Assembly (NCBI GenBank): GCA_045606825.1
Contig: JAZUSQ010000021.1
Span: 86,706 to 150,705 of the forward strand
From: Elusimicrobiaceae bacterium
Lineage (GTDB): Bacteria; Elusimicrobiota; Elusimicrobia; Elusimicrobiales; Elusimicrobiaceae
Length of the DNA stretch: 64,000 nt
Direction of reading: 5' to 3'
The notes below the pieces were generated by a model. The model did not search any database. It saw only the letters and a list, made by a program, of their open reading frames with translations, and had not been told where the DNA came from. Shown in pieces: positions 48,527 to 58,509 of the stretch; positions within the stretch are counted from its first letter, which is position 1; the number at the start of each line of letters is the position of its first letter. Made by a program: the position numbers and the translations under genes.

Positions 48527-50392
48527 ATGGCTAAAATTATTGGTATTGACTTAGGAACTTCCAACACGGCAGCGGCTGTGATGGAAGGGGGCAGAGGAAC
48601 CATTATTCCGTCTGCCGAAGGTAGTTCTATCGGCGGGAAAGCATTCCCGTCTTATGTAGCATTTACTAAAGACGGTCAACGTCTGGTGGGTGAACCGGCC
48701 CGCCGTCAGGCAATTGCCAACCCCGAAGGTACCGTAACCGCCTTCAAACGCAAAATGGGGGAAAACTACAAATTTAACTTGCGCGGTCAGGAATTTACCC
48801 CGCAACAACTTTCCGCTTTTGTGCTTCAAAAAGTAAAAAAGGATGCAGAGGCCTTTTTGGGGGAACCGGTAGAAAAAGCCGTCATCACGGTGCCTGCTTA
48901 TTTTAACGATAACCAACGCCAGGCTACCAAAGATGCGGGCCGTATTGCCGGGCTGGATGTAGTACGTTTGGTAAACGAACCGACGGCCGCCGCGTTGGCA
49001 TTCGGTATTGATAAAGCTGGCAAAGAACAAAAAATTATGGTCTTTGATTTGGGCGGCGGTACCCTGGATGTAACCATTATGGAAATGGGCAAAGAAGGCA
49101 CCTTTGACGTGCTTTCCACGTCCGGCGATACGAAACTGGGCGGAACCGATATGGATAACGCTATCATCAAATGGATGACGGACGATTTCCGCAAACAAAC
49201 CGGGATTGATTTGTCTAACGACAAACAAGCCGCACAACGGTTGAAAGATGCGGCCGAAAAAGCCAAAATTGAACTTTCCACCACCATGGAAACCGACATC
49301 AACTTGCCGTATATTACCGCCGGTGCCGACGGGGCTAAACACTTGGAAATGCGCCTTTCCCGTGCCAAATTGGAAAGCTTGGTGGACGATATTGTCAAAC
49401 GCTGCGGTAAATCCGTCAATCAGGCGTTGTCTGATGCCGGGCTTACCACCAGCCAAATTGACCGCATTATTTTGGTCGGTGGCCCGACCCGTATGCCGAT
49501 TGTGCAAAAATACGTGGAAGACCTGGTGGGCAAAAAAATTGAACGCGGCATTGACCCTATGGAATGTGTGGCTATTGGTGCGGCCGTGCAAGCCGGTATT
49601 TTAACCGGGGAAGTAAAAGACGTCTTGTTGTTAGACGTTACGCCGCTGTCCTTGGGGTTGGAAACCTTAGGCGGTGTGTGCACGCGCTTAATTGAACGCA
49701 ACACCACTATCCCGGTGCGAAAAACGCAAATTTTCTCCACCGCGTCGGACAACCAACCTGCCGTAACCATTAACGTATTGCAAGGGGAACGCCCCATGGC
49801 CAAAGACAACGTTCCACTTGGGAAATTTGACCTGGACGGTATTCCGCCAGCCCCGCGCGGTGTGCCGCAAATTGAAGTAACGTTTGATATTGATGCCAAC
49901 GGTATTTTGAACGTAACCGCCAAAGACCTGGGCACCAATAAAGAACAACACATCACGATTACGTCTTCTAACAAACTCAGTGATGCAGAAGTGGATAAGT
50001 TCGTCAAAGAGGCTGAAAAATTTGCCGAAGAAGACAAAAAACAAAAAGAAATCATTGAAGCCAAAAACCAGGGCGACAGTGTAGTCTTCCAAACGGAAAA
50101 AGCCTTAAAGGAATATGGCGATAAAGTATCCCAGGAAGAACGCGGCAAGATTGAACAGGCATTAAATGACCTAAAAGAAGCCTTGAAAGGAGATGATGCC
50201 GCCAAGATGAAATCCGCCACAGATGCGGCTTTACAAGCCAGCCAAAAATTGGGTGAAGCCATGTACAAGGCCCAACAAGGTGCAGCCGCCGGTGCCCAAC
50301 AGCAAGCAGGGGCACAACCCGGCCCGGACGGCGCGGCGCAAGCCAACAACGGCAAAGATGACGTGGTAGAAGCCGAAGTGGTAGATAAATAA
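48527..50392 (+). CDS. dnaK: Chaperone DnaK
   Basis: [31 protein letters not shown]-terminus. Confidence 0.99.
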   Translation: MAKIIGIDLGTSNTAAAVMEGGRGTIIPSAEGSSIGGKAFPSYVAFTKDGQRLVGEPARRQAIANPEGTVTAFKRKMGENYKFNLRGQEFTPQQLSAFVLQKVKKDAEAFLGEPVEKAVITVPAYFNDNQRQATKDAGRIAGLDVVRLVNEPTAAALAFGIDKAGKEQKIMVFDLGGGTLDVTIMEMGKEGTFDVLSTSGDTKLGGTDMDNAIIKWMTDDFRKQTGIDLSNDKQAAQRLKDAAEKAKIELSTTMETDINLPYITAGADGAKHLEMRLSRAKLESLVDDIVKRCGKSVNQALSDAGLTTSQIDRIILVGGPTRMPIVQKYVEDLVGKKIERGIDPMECVAIGAAVQAGILTGEVKDVLLLDVTPLSLGLETLGGVCTRLIERNTTIPVRKTQIFSTASDNQPAVTINVLQGERPMAKDNVPLGKFDLDGIPPAPRGVPQIEVTFDIDANGILNVTAKDLGTNKEQHITITSSNKLSDAEVDKFVKEAEKFAEEDKKQKEIIEAKNQGDSVVFQTEKALKEYGDKVSQEERGKIEQALNDLKEALKGDDAAKMKSATDAALQASQKLGEAMYKAQQGAAAGAQQQAGAQPGPDGAAQANNGKDDVVEAEVVDK

Positions 50393-50513
50393 GTTCCGGT
50401 TTTACGGAAACTGATAAGTCAGAAAACTCCCCGGGCATGAGCCTGGGGAGTTTCATATCAGAAAACCAATAAACATTTCCTGTGCCTGCAGCATAGCCGG
50501 AAGACAAGGTTTC

Positions 50514-53500
50514 TTAGTAAGCCGGGGCAGCCGTTTCTTCTGTTGAAGCAGTTGTGTTATTATCCCCCGGTTGGTTGTGTTTTATTAGGTGGCGGATTTT
50601 ATCTTTTAAATTTTTACCCCAGTATTTGACGGCTTGCACCATGCTGGAGTTTGCCAACATCCCCGGGGTTAAAGCCACACTACCCGCCAATGCCACCCCG
50701 CATAAGGCCATATCCAACCCCGGGATTGCTTCCAGTGCCCCGGATTTTAAGGCCCCTACCGGCAAGGCCGCCAACGGCATAGTATAATTGATAAGTAAAG
50801 CAATTTCACGTTTATATTTGGGGTACAATCCAATCATATATTCATACATTTGCGAGAAGAAATTGCTAATTCCAAAACAGGCGGTGATAGCCCCGCCTAC
50901 CAAAAGCCCCATGTTGCCGGACTGCATAGCCAGGGCCATTAGAGCCGGGCCTGCTATGCTGGCCGCAGAAGATAGCGCATACATACTGCCCCCGCTCATG
51001 CGTTGGCTTAATACGTTACCCACAATACGCCAACCAAACATACAACCGTATAGCAAAATTCCTACAATCCCTGTAGCGGCGGTACCTTCGCCAACCAGTT
51101 CCCGCATGGCAAACGCTAATCCGTTGGAAAGACCTAACTCGCCAAATGTAGCCAATGTCATAGCGGCCAAGGCAGGTGGCAAGCCTTTCATAGCCGCTAC
51201 CTTATACCACTTTACATCACGCCGTCCCAACACATCAAACGCTTGTTGTAAGTAGTGGTGGGCCGCTTGGGCTTCGTTCCGGGTACGGCCGGCCAATAAA
51301 AGCAAGTTTTCTAATTCCTCACCTACTTCAGCCTCGTGTTTGAGGGTTAAACCGTTAATCCCAGTTTTTTGTTTACGCGCCTCTACAGATACCAAGGCAT
51401 CAATGGCCCCTTTTAATTGTTTAGCCGCATTTACTAATACAGGATGCTGGGCCGTTAAATCTGCTGGGGCCACTTTTGAAATTTCTACCGCCATGTTATT
51501 TTGCAAATCCTGTAAATTATTATTCAGTACGGTTTGGTTCATGGGGAAGGCATCTTTATAGCGCGTTTTATATACTTTTCGCAATGTGTACAAACTATAC
51601 AATGTATAAGGCACATAACTGGCAGAAAAATCTAACCCCAACTCTACCCCCACGGCTTTACCTGCCAAATTGGCTAACCACGGAAAGGACAAGAAAAGCA
51701 TCGTTCCTAAGTTTTTAAACATAGCCCCGCGCTGGTAGTAAACTACATCCCGCAAGGATTTAGTGGATTTTTTAGTAGCCACCTCCCATGCACGTTTGGC
51801 CAAGTGTTTGGCATTATATACTACCGGTTTCTCTTGAACTGTTTCGGCCTGTTTTTGAAATGAATTTACTTGCGGCACAATACCGCGGTTAGCACTGATA
51901 AGTAAGTTTTGTACAAAACGGGTGATGTTGGTTCCCAAGGCAATGAGCACACTAGAGGTTAAAAACCCGGCCAGTTGCCAATTTGTCATCAATCCGCCAA
52001 TATGCCCATAAAGCCCGCTGGCTAGCGCAATCAACCCCCCGGCACTAAACATGGCCGCCCCCACGCGGAAAACAGCGGCCTCGCCGTATTGCTTAAGCAA
52101 CGGATGCACCAACCCCATTAGCGCGGGGAGTACGTTGTTAATGCCCAGCATAATGTTACTGGCATCATCTTTACCTAAGGTGGACATATCGTGTAAAGCG
52201 GGTGCTAATGTTTTACCCAACCCAATTTGTTCCCCGGGTACTAAATAAGTAACAGGAACCATTTTGTCCATAGTGGAAAGTACACGCAGATTAAATTGGG
52301 TATCGGGGTACATCTCAAAAATTTGTGTCCAATATTTGCTTTCTGCTTTAGGCAGGCGGATAAAAGCATCTGCCAGTTCTGTGACTGTTCCATCTTGTGC
52401 TTGGAAATACAAGGACGAACCGTTATACCAAATACGTCCGTTTTGAGGGTTGTTAATACCACTTAACAAGGCCGCATCTACTTCTGCCACCAGGGCAGTT
52501 TCTTCTAGCGAAGGGCCTACTACTTGTAGGGTAATAGCCGCTTTGGGAGCCCCTGTTTTTTGAATTTTGATACGCAACGGCCGTGCCAATTGTAAAGTTT
52601 GTGCCCCCTCTATCAGTTTGGCAAATTCCCCGTTTTGGATAGACAGGGCAAAGTAGAAATGGTCCGGCCGTTTGGCAGGCACCGTTTGGTTCCGCAGTTC
52701 AAAGTAATGGTTAGTGTCTAAGGCCAAGCGGTTATATTCCGGCGAGAAATTTTTAAGAGAAGAACTAACTGTCAAGTCCACATTATGCAAAATATGCTCT
52801 ACTTTGTCTTCCCCTTCCACGGTTAGTTTAAATCCGTCCACTCCTACCGGCACACTGCCCATATCATTATCGGCACCACCCAAATCGCCGCCAATTTGTG
52901 CCTGGGCCGGGATTTCAACCTCTGCATACACCGGGCGGATGTGGCGGTCGTGCAAGCCGGGTTCTTCGTACGGGGCAGGGGAGTGTGCATCCTTTTTAAA
53001 TTGGCGGCGCAACCATTGTGCAGCCCGTTTACCGGCATCTGCGATAGCAAATACGGGAATGCCACTATACACAATCCCACCGGAAGCGGTACTGCGTGGG
53101 GCAGCAACGGCAGAAGCAGGTTGTGTTTGAGAGGCTTGGGTAAGATGTGTTGGAACAGACAAAACAAGCGGTGTGGTGCCCGCCAAAGAAACGGCAGTGG
53201 CCGCAGGCGTGTGAGCCGTTACAGCGGACGGCCACGCTATTTGTTGTAAACTTAACCATTCCCGGGTGGCTGCTAATGAACCGTCCGCGTGAAGTTCATG
53301 CGGCAAGAAAGTTTGACCCAAAAAAGCGGCTAATGAATCATTAGCCGCCGGTTGGGTAAAATTAAATTGCGCCGGGATTTCTACGGGTAAATGATTTTCT
53401 AGCACATACGCCGCTGTTCCGGCCAAAATTTGCGGGTTTTCTACCTGGGTAAATAATTGGGCTAATTCTTCATATGCCCCCATACGCAAACAACCACGGG

Positions 53501-54104
53501 CCGCAATTAAAGCGGCAGTATCAGCAAATGCAGTGTTTTTGGCAGACTGGTAAAATGCCACCAATGTGGCGGCTTGTTCGCGCGGGGCTAACAACGCCAG
53601 GGCCGAAGCATCCGCTAACACATTTTGCACGGCTTGCACGTTGCGGGCGGTGGGATGCGTGGCGGCATAGGTCAAAAATTCAGGCAGGGACATTTGTACC
53701 GCTTGTAAGGCAGAAACTTGTGCAGTTAATTGTGTGTTATAAAAGGTAATGGCTTGTGCGCGTTGGGCATCTGTTACGGCTTGCGGCAACAAAGAAAGGG
53801 CTACAAAATCGGTACGCAATAAAGCCTCGCGTTGGGCGGCAGGACTGGTTAAAATATAGTGGGAAAGACCTTCAATTTGTCCGGTGGCAATACGGCTTTG
53901 CAAGGTACTGTTTGCAAAAATACGTTGGGCAAGCACACCCCGGTTTAAAGCGGCAGAGAAAGAAGATGCAGACACACGGGTCCCGGTAGCGGATAGCCCC
54001 TTTAAATTAGCAAGACTGCGGCCCGCCCGGATTTGCCCCATGGCGGGAGTAATGCTACTGCATACAATACTAACGCCCAGTACCAGCGATAGTAACTTCT
54101 TCAT
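50514..54104 (-). CDS. 1196-aa membrane protein: exported Ala-rich N-terminal region fused to an MFS-like transporter region
   Basis: Signal peptide and about 600 aa of soluble sequence, then two bundles of TM helices (about aa 640-830 and 970-1160) separated by a helical insert. Confidence 0.6.
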   Translation of the reverse strand: MKKLLSLVLGVSIVCSSITPAMGQIRAGRSLANLKGLSATGTRVSASSFSAALNRGVLAQRIFANSTLQSRIATGQIEGLSHYILTSPAAQREALLRTDFVALSLLPQAVTDAQRAQAITFYNTQLTAQVSALQAVQMSLPEFLTYAATHPTARNVQAVQNVLADASALALLAPREQAATLVAFYQSAKNTAFADTAALIAARGCLRMGAYEELAQLFTQVENPQILAGTAAYVLENHLPVEIPAQFNFTQPAANDSLAAFLGQTFLPHELHADGSLAATREWLSLQQIAWPSAVTAHTPAATAVSLAGTTPLVLSVPTHLTQASQTQPASAVAAPRSTASGGIVYSGIPVFAIADAGKRAAQWLRRQFKKDAHSPAPYEEPGLHDRHIRPVYAEVEIPAQAQIGGDLGGADNDMGSVPVGVDGFKLTVEGEDKVEHILHNVDLTVSSSLKNFSPEYNRLALDTNHYFELRNQTVPAKRPDHFYFALSIQNGEFAKLIEGAQTLQLARPLRIKIQKTGAPKAAITLQVVGPSLEETALVAEVDAALLSGINNPQNGRIWYNGSSLYFQAQDGTVTELADAFIRLPKAESKYWTQIFEMYPDTQFNLRVLSTMDKMVPVTYLVPGEQIGLGKTLAPALHDMSTLGKDDASNIMLGINNVLPALMGLVHPLLKQYGEAAVFRVGAAMFSAGGLIALASGLYGHIGGLMTNWQLAGFLTSSVLIALGTNITRFVQNLLISANRGIVPQVNSFQKQAETVQEKPVVYNAKHLAKRAWEVATKKSTKSLRDVVYYQRGAMFKNLGTMLFLSFPWLANLAGKAVGVELGLDFSASYVPYTLYSLYTLRKVYKTRYKDAFPMNQTVLNNNLQDLQNNMAVEISKVAPADLTAQHPVLVNAAKQLKGAIDALVSVEARKQKTGINGLTLKHEAEVGEELENLLLLAGRTRNEAQAAHHYLQQAFDVLGRRDVKWYKVAAMKGLPPALAAMTLATFGELGLSNGLAFAMRELVGEGTAATGIVGILLYGCMFGWRIVGNVLSQRMSGGSMYALSSAASIAGPALMALAMQSGNMGLLVGGAITACFGISNFFSQMYEYMIGLYPKYKREIALLINYTMPLAALPVGALKSGALEAIPGLDMALCGVALAGSVALTPGMLANSSMVQAVKYWGKNLKDKIRHLIKHNQPGDNNTTASTEETAAPAY

Positions 54105-54513
54105 AGCTCCTCCTTTCTTATATGGTTATAATTTTCAAGCCCAAAAAACAGGGCCAAAAGTCCTATTTTTAAATTCCTTTTGGCCCTATCAATAACTTCC
54201 CAAATTGTGCACTGCAGATATATAGAATAGGTTGCAGTTTGGATATTTTTAAAACAATGTGAAAATAATGTGAGGAAAAAAGAGAGTAAATTGAAAATAA
54301 AGAAGGCGTCCCTCCGCGTTTGTGGCTTTTGCCGCTGAGGTAAGCACTGACACACAAATTGGTTTGCGCAGTACTGATACATAACAGTTTAACCTTCTCC
54401 ATCTATATGGTACGAAATTTAGCAACCGCACGCAAAGGGAAAAAGGACCTATTTTGCGGATAGGTCCTTTGGATTAGAAACGGCTCATTTTTGCTTGTTT
54501 TTAGAGGTAAAGT

Positions 54514-54791
54514 TTATTATACTATAGGTACAATTTTATCTGTTTTTGGAACCGTATGTAGAATGCGGCAGAATTTTGGGAAATCCAAAATTGTGTGCGA
54601 CGCCAAAAATAGCCGAACTAGGTGCAATGGGACCGTACATCCTATTGCGCCGAGTGTTTTCCGTTTTCAAACGGAAGGCCCGGTTATTGTAAATGGGGGT
54701 GGTCGCACAGTCCCAAATATGATAGCCGTTTTTGCATGCATTTTCTGGGATGGAGAAAAATTGTGCATATTAAACACAAAGAGGGGAACGT
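54514..54791 (+). ncRNA. Conserved structured pilin 5' leader, copy L8
   Basis: TTATTATACTATAGGTACAATTTTATCTGTTTTTGGAACCG...CCAAAAATAGCCGA...GGTGCAATGGGACCGTACATCCTATTGCGCC...CGGTTATT...TAGCCGTTTTTGCATGC...AAAAATTGTGC. Confidence 0.72.
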
Positions 54792-55532
54792 ATGAACAAA
54801 AGAAATACCCGGCGGGGGAGTACGCAAACAGAAAATGTAGTTCAAAAAAATAAAGTCATCCTGAATTTAATTCTTCCACGCACATTGTTACACCGGTATC
54901 AAAGAAACGACAAGCGTGGAAGATGCCGTATCAAGTACGCCGTGACGGCTCTATGTAACAACAACCGGGAGACGGGAGATCCCCGATTACGACTTTCGGG
55001 GATGACACCCAATTGGATAGCGGCGCGCGGGTTTACCCTTATTGAACTGTTGGTAGTGGTGCTGATTATTGGCATATTAGCGGCGGTGGCCCTGCCGCAG
55101 TATAACAAGGCCGTGTGGAAAGCCCGCGTAACACAGGCCCTGGTGTTTATCTCCGCCATAGAAAAAGCCGGGCAAGCCTATGTACTGGAAAACGGATATC
55201 CGGCTCTAGGGAAAGAAGCCATTTCTCTACTAGGGGCCAACTCCCCACTTGCCTTGGATTTATTTCCTGCCAGCGCATGTGATGATGATATCTGCACTGA
55301 TAACTATTTTGCCTATGTTGCGGAAGTGTATACTCCTATTGGAAAACGTTCACATCTAGAATGGACTGTACGCCTGCAAGAGGATCCTATAGATTCTTTC
55401 TTCTCTTGCGTCATTTATGCTGACGGAACGTCTGATTGTGCGTGCTGGTATAGAACGCCTCGTGCTCAAACAGTATGTGAATTACTGGATGCAAGGGAGC
55501 CCAATAAATATACCTTGCACAACGCAATGTAG
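54792..55532 (+). CDS. Type IV pilin (PilE-like) #9, with ~80-aa leader peptide
   Basis: MNKRNTRRG + palindrome-derived insert + [10 protein letters not shown]. Confidence 0.92.
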   Translation: MNKRNTRRGSTQTENVVQKNKVILNLILPRTLLHRYQRNDKRGRCRIKYAVTALCNNNRETGDPRLRLSGMTPNWIAARGFTLIELLVVVLIIGILAAVALPQYNKAVWKARVTQALVFISAIEKAGQAYVLENGYPALGKEAISLLGANSPLALDLFPASACDDDICTDNYFAYVAEVYTPIGKRSHLEWTVRLQEDPIDSFFSCVIYADGTSDCACWYRTPRAQTVCELLDAREPNKYTLHNAM

Positions 55533-55640
55533 CGAAAAATGCTTAATTTTTAAGCATTTTTTAATAGCATGTACGATGCATAAAACCCACCTCGTTAGGG
55601 TGGGTTTTTTACAATCTTTTCTATGCTGTGTAGACCGCGT

Positions 55641-56543
55641 TTATAACATTTTGTGTTTCAAGCGGCTGGCCAGGTTGTCCAGTTCTTCCAGCGAGTGATA
55701 GGCAATCACTAAAGTACCTTTACGCATATCTTTGCCATATTTGACTTCTACCTTGGTACCTAAGGCAGCCTGTAAGTCATTTTCAAAGGCGGCTACTTCC
55801 ACCGGTTTGCCGGTTTTTTCCGCCTTTTTGGCCGGGGTTAATAAGGCCTGGGCAGATACTTCGGCCTGGCGTACCGACATTTTTTGTTTTAAAATACGGT
55901 TAAACAAATCCATACGCGCTTGTCCGCTGACCATGAGTAATGCACGGGCATGGCCTTCGCTTAGGGTGCGCTCTTGCAAGGCTTGCTGGATTTCCGGCTC
56001 TAATTCCAGCAGACGCAACGTATTGGAGATAGCCCCCTTGGATTTGCCACAGTAGGATGCCAAATCTACTTGTTTAATAAAAAACTTATTCATCAGATTG
56101 CGGTACCCTAAGGCCGTTTCAATAGGATCCAGATCCTCGCGCTGGATGTTTTCAATGAGGGCCAAGGCGCACATTTGTTGGTCGTCTAAATGCTTATGGA
56201 CAATGGCATCAATTTCCGTTAGTCCCGCCAGTTTAGTGGCGCGCCAGCGGCGTTCCCCCACTACAATTTCATACTTATCTAAACTGGCATCATATACGAC
56301 TACAATGGGTTGCGTAAGGCCATGTGCTTTAATGGAGGCGGAAAGTTCTTGCAACTTTTCTTCACTAAACACACGGCGTGGCTGAAAGCGGTTGGGTACA
56401 ATTTTATCTACTGCAATTTTTTGCACGGTTACATCCGGCAAACCAGCCACTGCTTGGGCGGCTTGCTGCGTAGGCAAATTGGCAATTTCCTGGGTTTGTT
56501 TCAGTAAGGCATCTAAGCCTTTTCCTAATGCTTGTCTGGCCAT
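55641..56543 (-). CDS. parB: Chromosome partitioning protein ParB
   Basis: ALGKGLDALL, NRFQPRR, VGERRWRA, LIENIQREDL, HTH, LSEGHARALL. Confidence 0.97.
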   Translation of the reverse strand: MARQALGKGLDALLKQTQEIANLPTQQAAQAVAGLPDVTVQKIAVDKIVPNRFQPRRVFSEEKLQELSASIKAHGLTQPIVVVYDASLDKYEIVVGERRWRATKLAGLTEIDAIVHKHLDDQQMCALALIENIQREDLDPIETALGYRNLMNKFFIKQVDLASYCGKSKGAISNTLRLLELEPEIQQALQERTLSEGHARALLMVSGQARMDLFNRILKQKMSVRQAEVSAQALLTPAKKAEKTGKPVEVAAFENDLQAALGTKVEVKYGKDMRKGTLVIAYHSLEELDNLASRLKHKML

Positions 56544-56544
56544 A

Positions 56545-57378
56545 TTATTCTCCAAAATCATAGGTTAAGGGATTATCCCCCACCAATTTAAAGTCTTCAT
56601 AATCTTTTACGTTTGCCCCGCGACGGGTTAGAAATTCTACCGCTAATTTAATATATGCCTCTGCCCCGCGGCAGGCAGGTTCATAATCAAAAATGGCTTG
56701 CCCAAAACTGGGAGCCTCGGCCAAACGGATGTTACGCGGAATAGGGGTTTTATAGATTTTATCCCCAAAATAGTTACTGACTTCCTCACGCACTTGTTTG
56801 GCTAAATTCAAGTGGCTATCATACATGGTTAGCACACCGCCATCCATTTTCAATTGCGGATGCAGAAATTGTTTAATTTTATTGACTGTACCCATAAAAT
56901 GGGCCAATCCTTCCATAGCGTAATACTCACATTGTACCGGGGTAATAACACTGTCCGCGGCCATCATAGCGTTCAACGTAAGCAACCCCAAGGAAGGCGG
57001 ACAATCTATAATGATAAAACGATACATATCCCGAATAGGGGCTAATGCTTCTTTAAGCATATTTTCGCGCCCGCGCACATTTACCAATTCCACCTCTGCT
57101 CCTGCCAAATCTTTGCAAGCAGGTAATACATCCAAAAATTCGTTTGCGGTTTGGCGTACCACCTGGTCAAACGGGGCTACTTTCGTAAGCAAATGGTAAA
57201 CAGATTTTTGTCCGTCCTCCACGCTTACCCCTAAACCCGATCCGGCATTGCCTTGTGGGTCAAAATCTACTAAAAGCACTTCCTGGTTTAGACAGGCCAG
57301 TGCGTAGGCTAAATTGATAGACGTGGTAGTTTTGCCCACGCCGCCTTTTTGGTTTGCTACTACTACAATTTCTGCCAT
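56545..57378 (-). CDS. parA: Chromosome partitioning ATPase ParA/Soj
   Basis: NQKGGVGKTTT, DFDPQGN, DCPPSLG, IRLAEAPSFG. Confidence 0.97.
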   Translation of the reverse strand: MAEIVVVANQKGGVGKTTTSINLAYALACLNQEVLLVDFDPQGNAGSGLGVSVEDGQKSVYHLLTKVAPFDQVVRQTANEFLDVLPACKDLAGAEVELVNVRGRENMLKEALAPIRDMYRFIIIDCPPSLGLLTLNAMMAADSVITPVQCEYYAMEGLAHFMGTVNKIKQFLHPQLKMDGGVLTMYDSHLNLAKQVREEVSNYFGDKIYKTPIPRNIRLAEAPSFGQAIFDYEPACRGAEAYIKLAVEFLTRRGANVKDYEDFKLVGDNPLTYDFGE

Positions 57379-57483
57379 AATTCCTCCTGCCTATATTTAA
57401 CCATATCTACCCTAAAAACGCAAGAGATTTCTGTTGAAATACCCTTGCGTTTGAAAGATGGATGTTGCGTAAGTAGATTAAAA

Positions 57484-57499
57484 GTTTTCACGTGAAAAC
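57484..57499. promoter_or_regulatory. parS-like site 1
   Basis: Perfect palindrome GTTTTCACGTGAAAAC upstream of parA. Confidence 0.85.
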
Positions 57500-57505
57500 T
57501 TTTGC

Positions 57506-58477
57506 CTATTTAATTCGCCCTATTTTTTTAGGTGGCCAATGGATAAACCAGGCTTTCCCTTTGATGTTTTCCCGCGGCACAGGACCCCAAAAACGGGAAT
57601 CACAGGAATTATCGCGGTTATCCCCCATGACAAAGTAACTGTTCGCAGGCACTTTGACAGGGCCAAAACTATCACGTAGTTCCTCCCCTACGTAGTTGTC
57701 TAATTTATGGTTTTGCCAAATACGCTGGTACAATTTTGGGTCATCAATAATAGGTCCTTCCTGGCGGGTAACATCTTCATACATTTCATAAGGTTGTTGC
57801 GGCATTTCTTTTTCATTAACCCACAATTTCCCCTCTTTTACCTCCACAGTATCACCCGGCATGGCTACCACCCGTTTTACAAAGTCGCGTCCATATTGGG
57901 TTTCTAACCCGCAGTTGACTTGCTGGCGATTTTTAGCCGGGAACTTAAATACAATAATATCCCCCGGAGTAATATCCTCTATTTGCCCAAAACGCCAATT
58001 CGTAAAAGGGATACGAAATCCATACACCGCCTTATTTACAAATAAATGGTCCCCTTCCACCAACGTATTACGCATAGAAGCGGAAGGAATTTTAAAGGCC
58101 TGGATAAAAAAGAACATGATAATAGAAGCCACAAATCCGGCAAAATAAACCGTATTGCACCAATCTAAATCTGCTTTTAAAATATGATTCCGTTTTTCCT
58201 CATCTATGTTAGACATCTTAGCCAAACGATAGAGCGAAAATACTACTACCCCTATTTCCAAAATAAAAAATTTATCGGTAGGGAAAGGGGCCCCCGGACC
58301 GCCATTCATCACAAATACTAAGATATATGCGGCACACGTTAAAATAAACAACAAAAATATACCATGCCAACGGGCAAACGCAATAGGCTCTTTTAAAAAT
58401 TCCCTTCGTTCCAACCATTTCGTGAGCCTGGCAAAACCATACATAATACAAGCCACTATAAATAGACGTTCTTCCAT
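57506..58477 (-). CDS. lepB: Signal peptidase I
   Basis: IPSASM (catalytic Ser), DFVKRVV (catalytic Lys), GDNRDNSCDSRFWG. Confidence 0.95.
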   Translation of the reverse strand: MEERLFIVACIMYGFARLTKWLERREFLKEPIAFARWHGIFLLFILTCAAYILVFVMNGGPGAPFPTDKFFILEIGVVVFSLYRLAKMSNIDEEKRNHILKADLDWCNTVYFAGFVASIIMFFFIQAFKIPSASMRNTLVEGDHLFVNKAVYGFRIPFTNWRFGQIEDITPGDIIVFKFPAKNRQQVNCGLETQYGRDFVKRVVAMPGDTVEVKEGKLWVNEKEMPQQPYEMYEDVTRQEGPIIDDPKLYQRIWQNHKLDNYVGEELRDSFGPVKVPANSYFVMGDNRDNSCDSRFWGPVPRENIKGKAWFIHWPPKKIGRIK

Positions 58478-58492
58478 ATTCTCTCCTAATCA

Positions 58493-58508
58493 GTTTTCAC
58501 GTGAAAAC
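58493..58508. promoter_or_regulatory. parS-like site 2
   Basis: GTTTTCACGTGAAAAC. Confidence 0.85.
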
Positions 58509-58509
58509 T

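Noticed and set aside
48551-50355. Long antisense ORFs opposite dnaK (346, 173 and 311 aa) and similar ones opposite obgE, the hydrogenase and uvrB
   Set aside because: These are shadow ORFs produced by codon bias of highly conserved genes, with no independent motifs or RBS.
54308-54317. SAM-I riboswitch (GCGGAGGGAC on the minus strand)
   Set aside because: The flanking ATC.AGAG, TGGCCC and CAGCAACC/GGTGC elements are missing on that strand.
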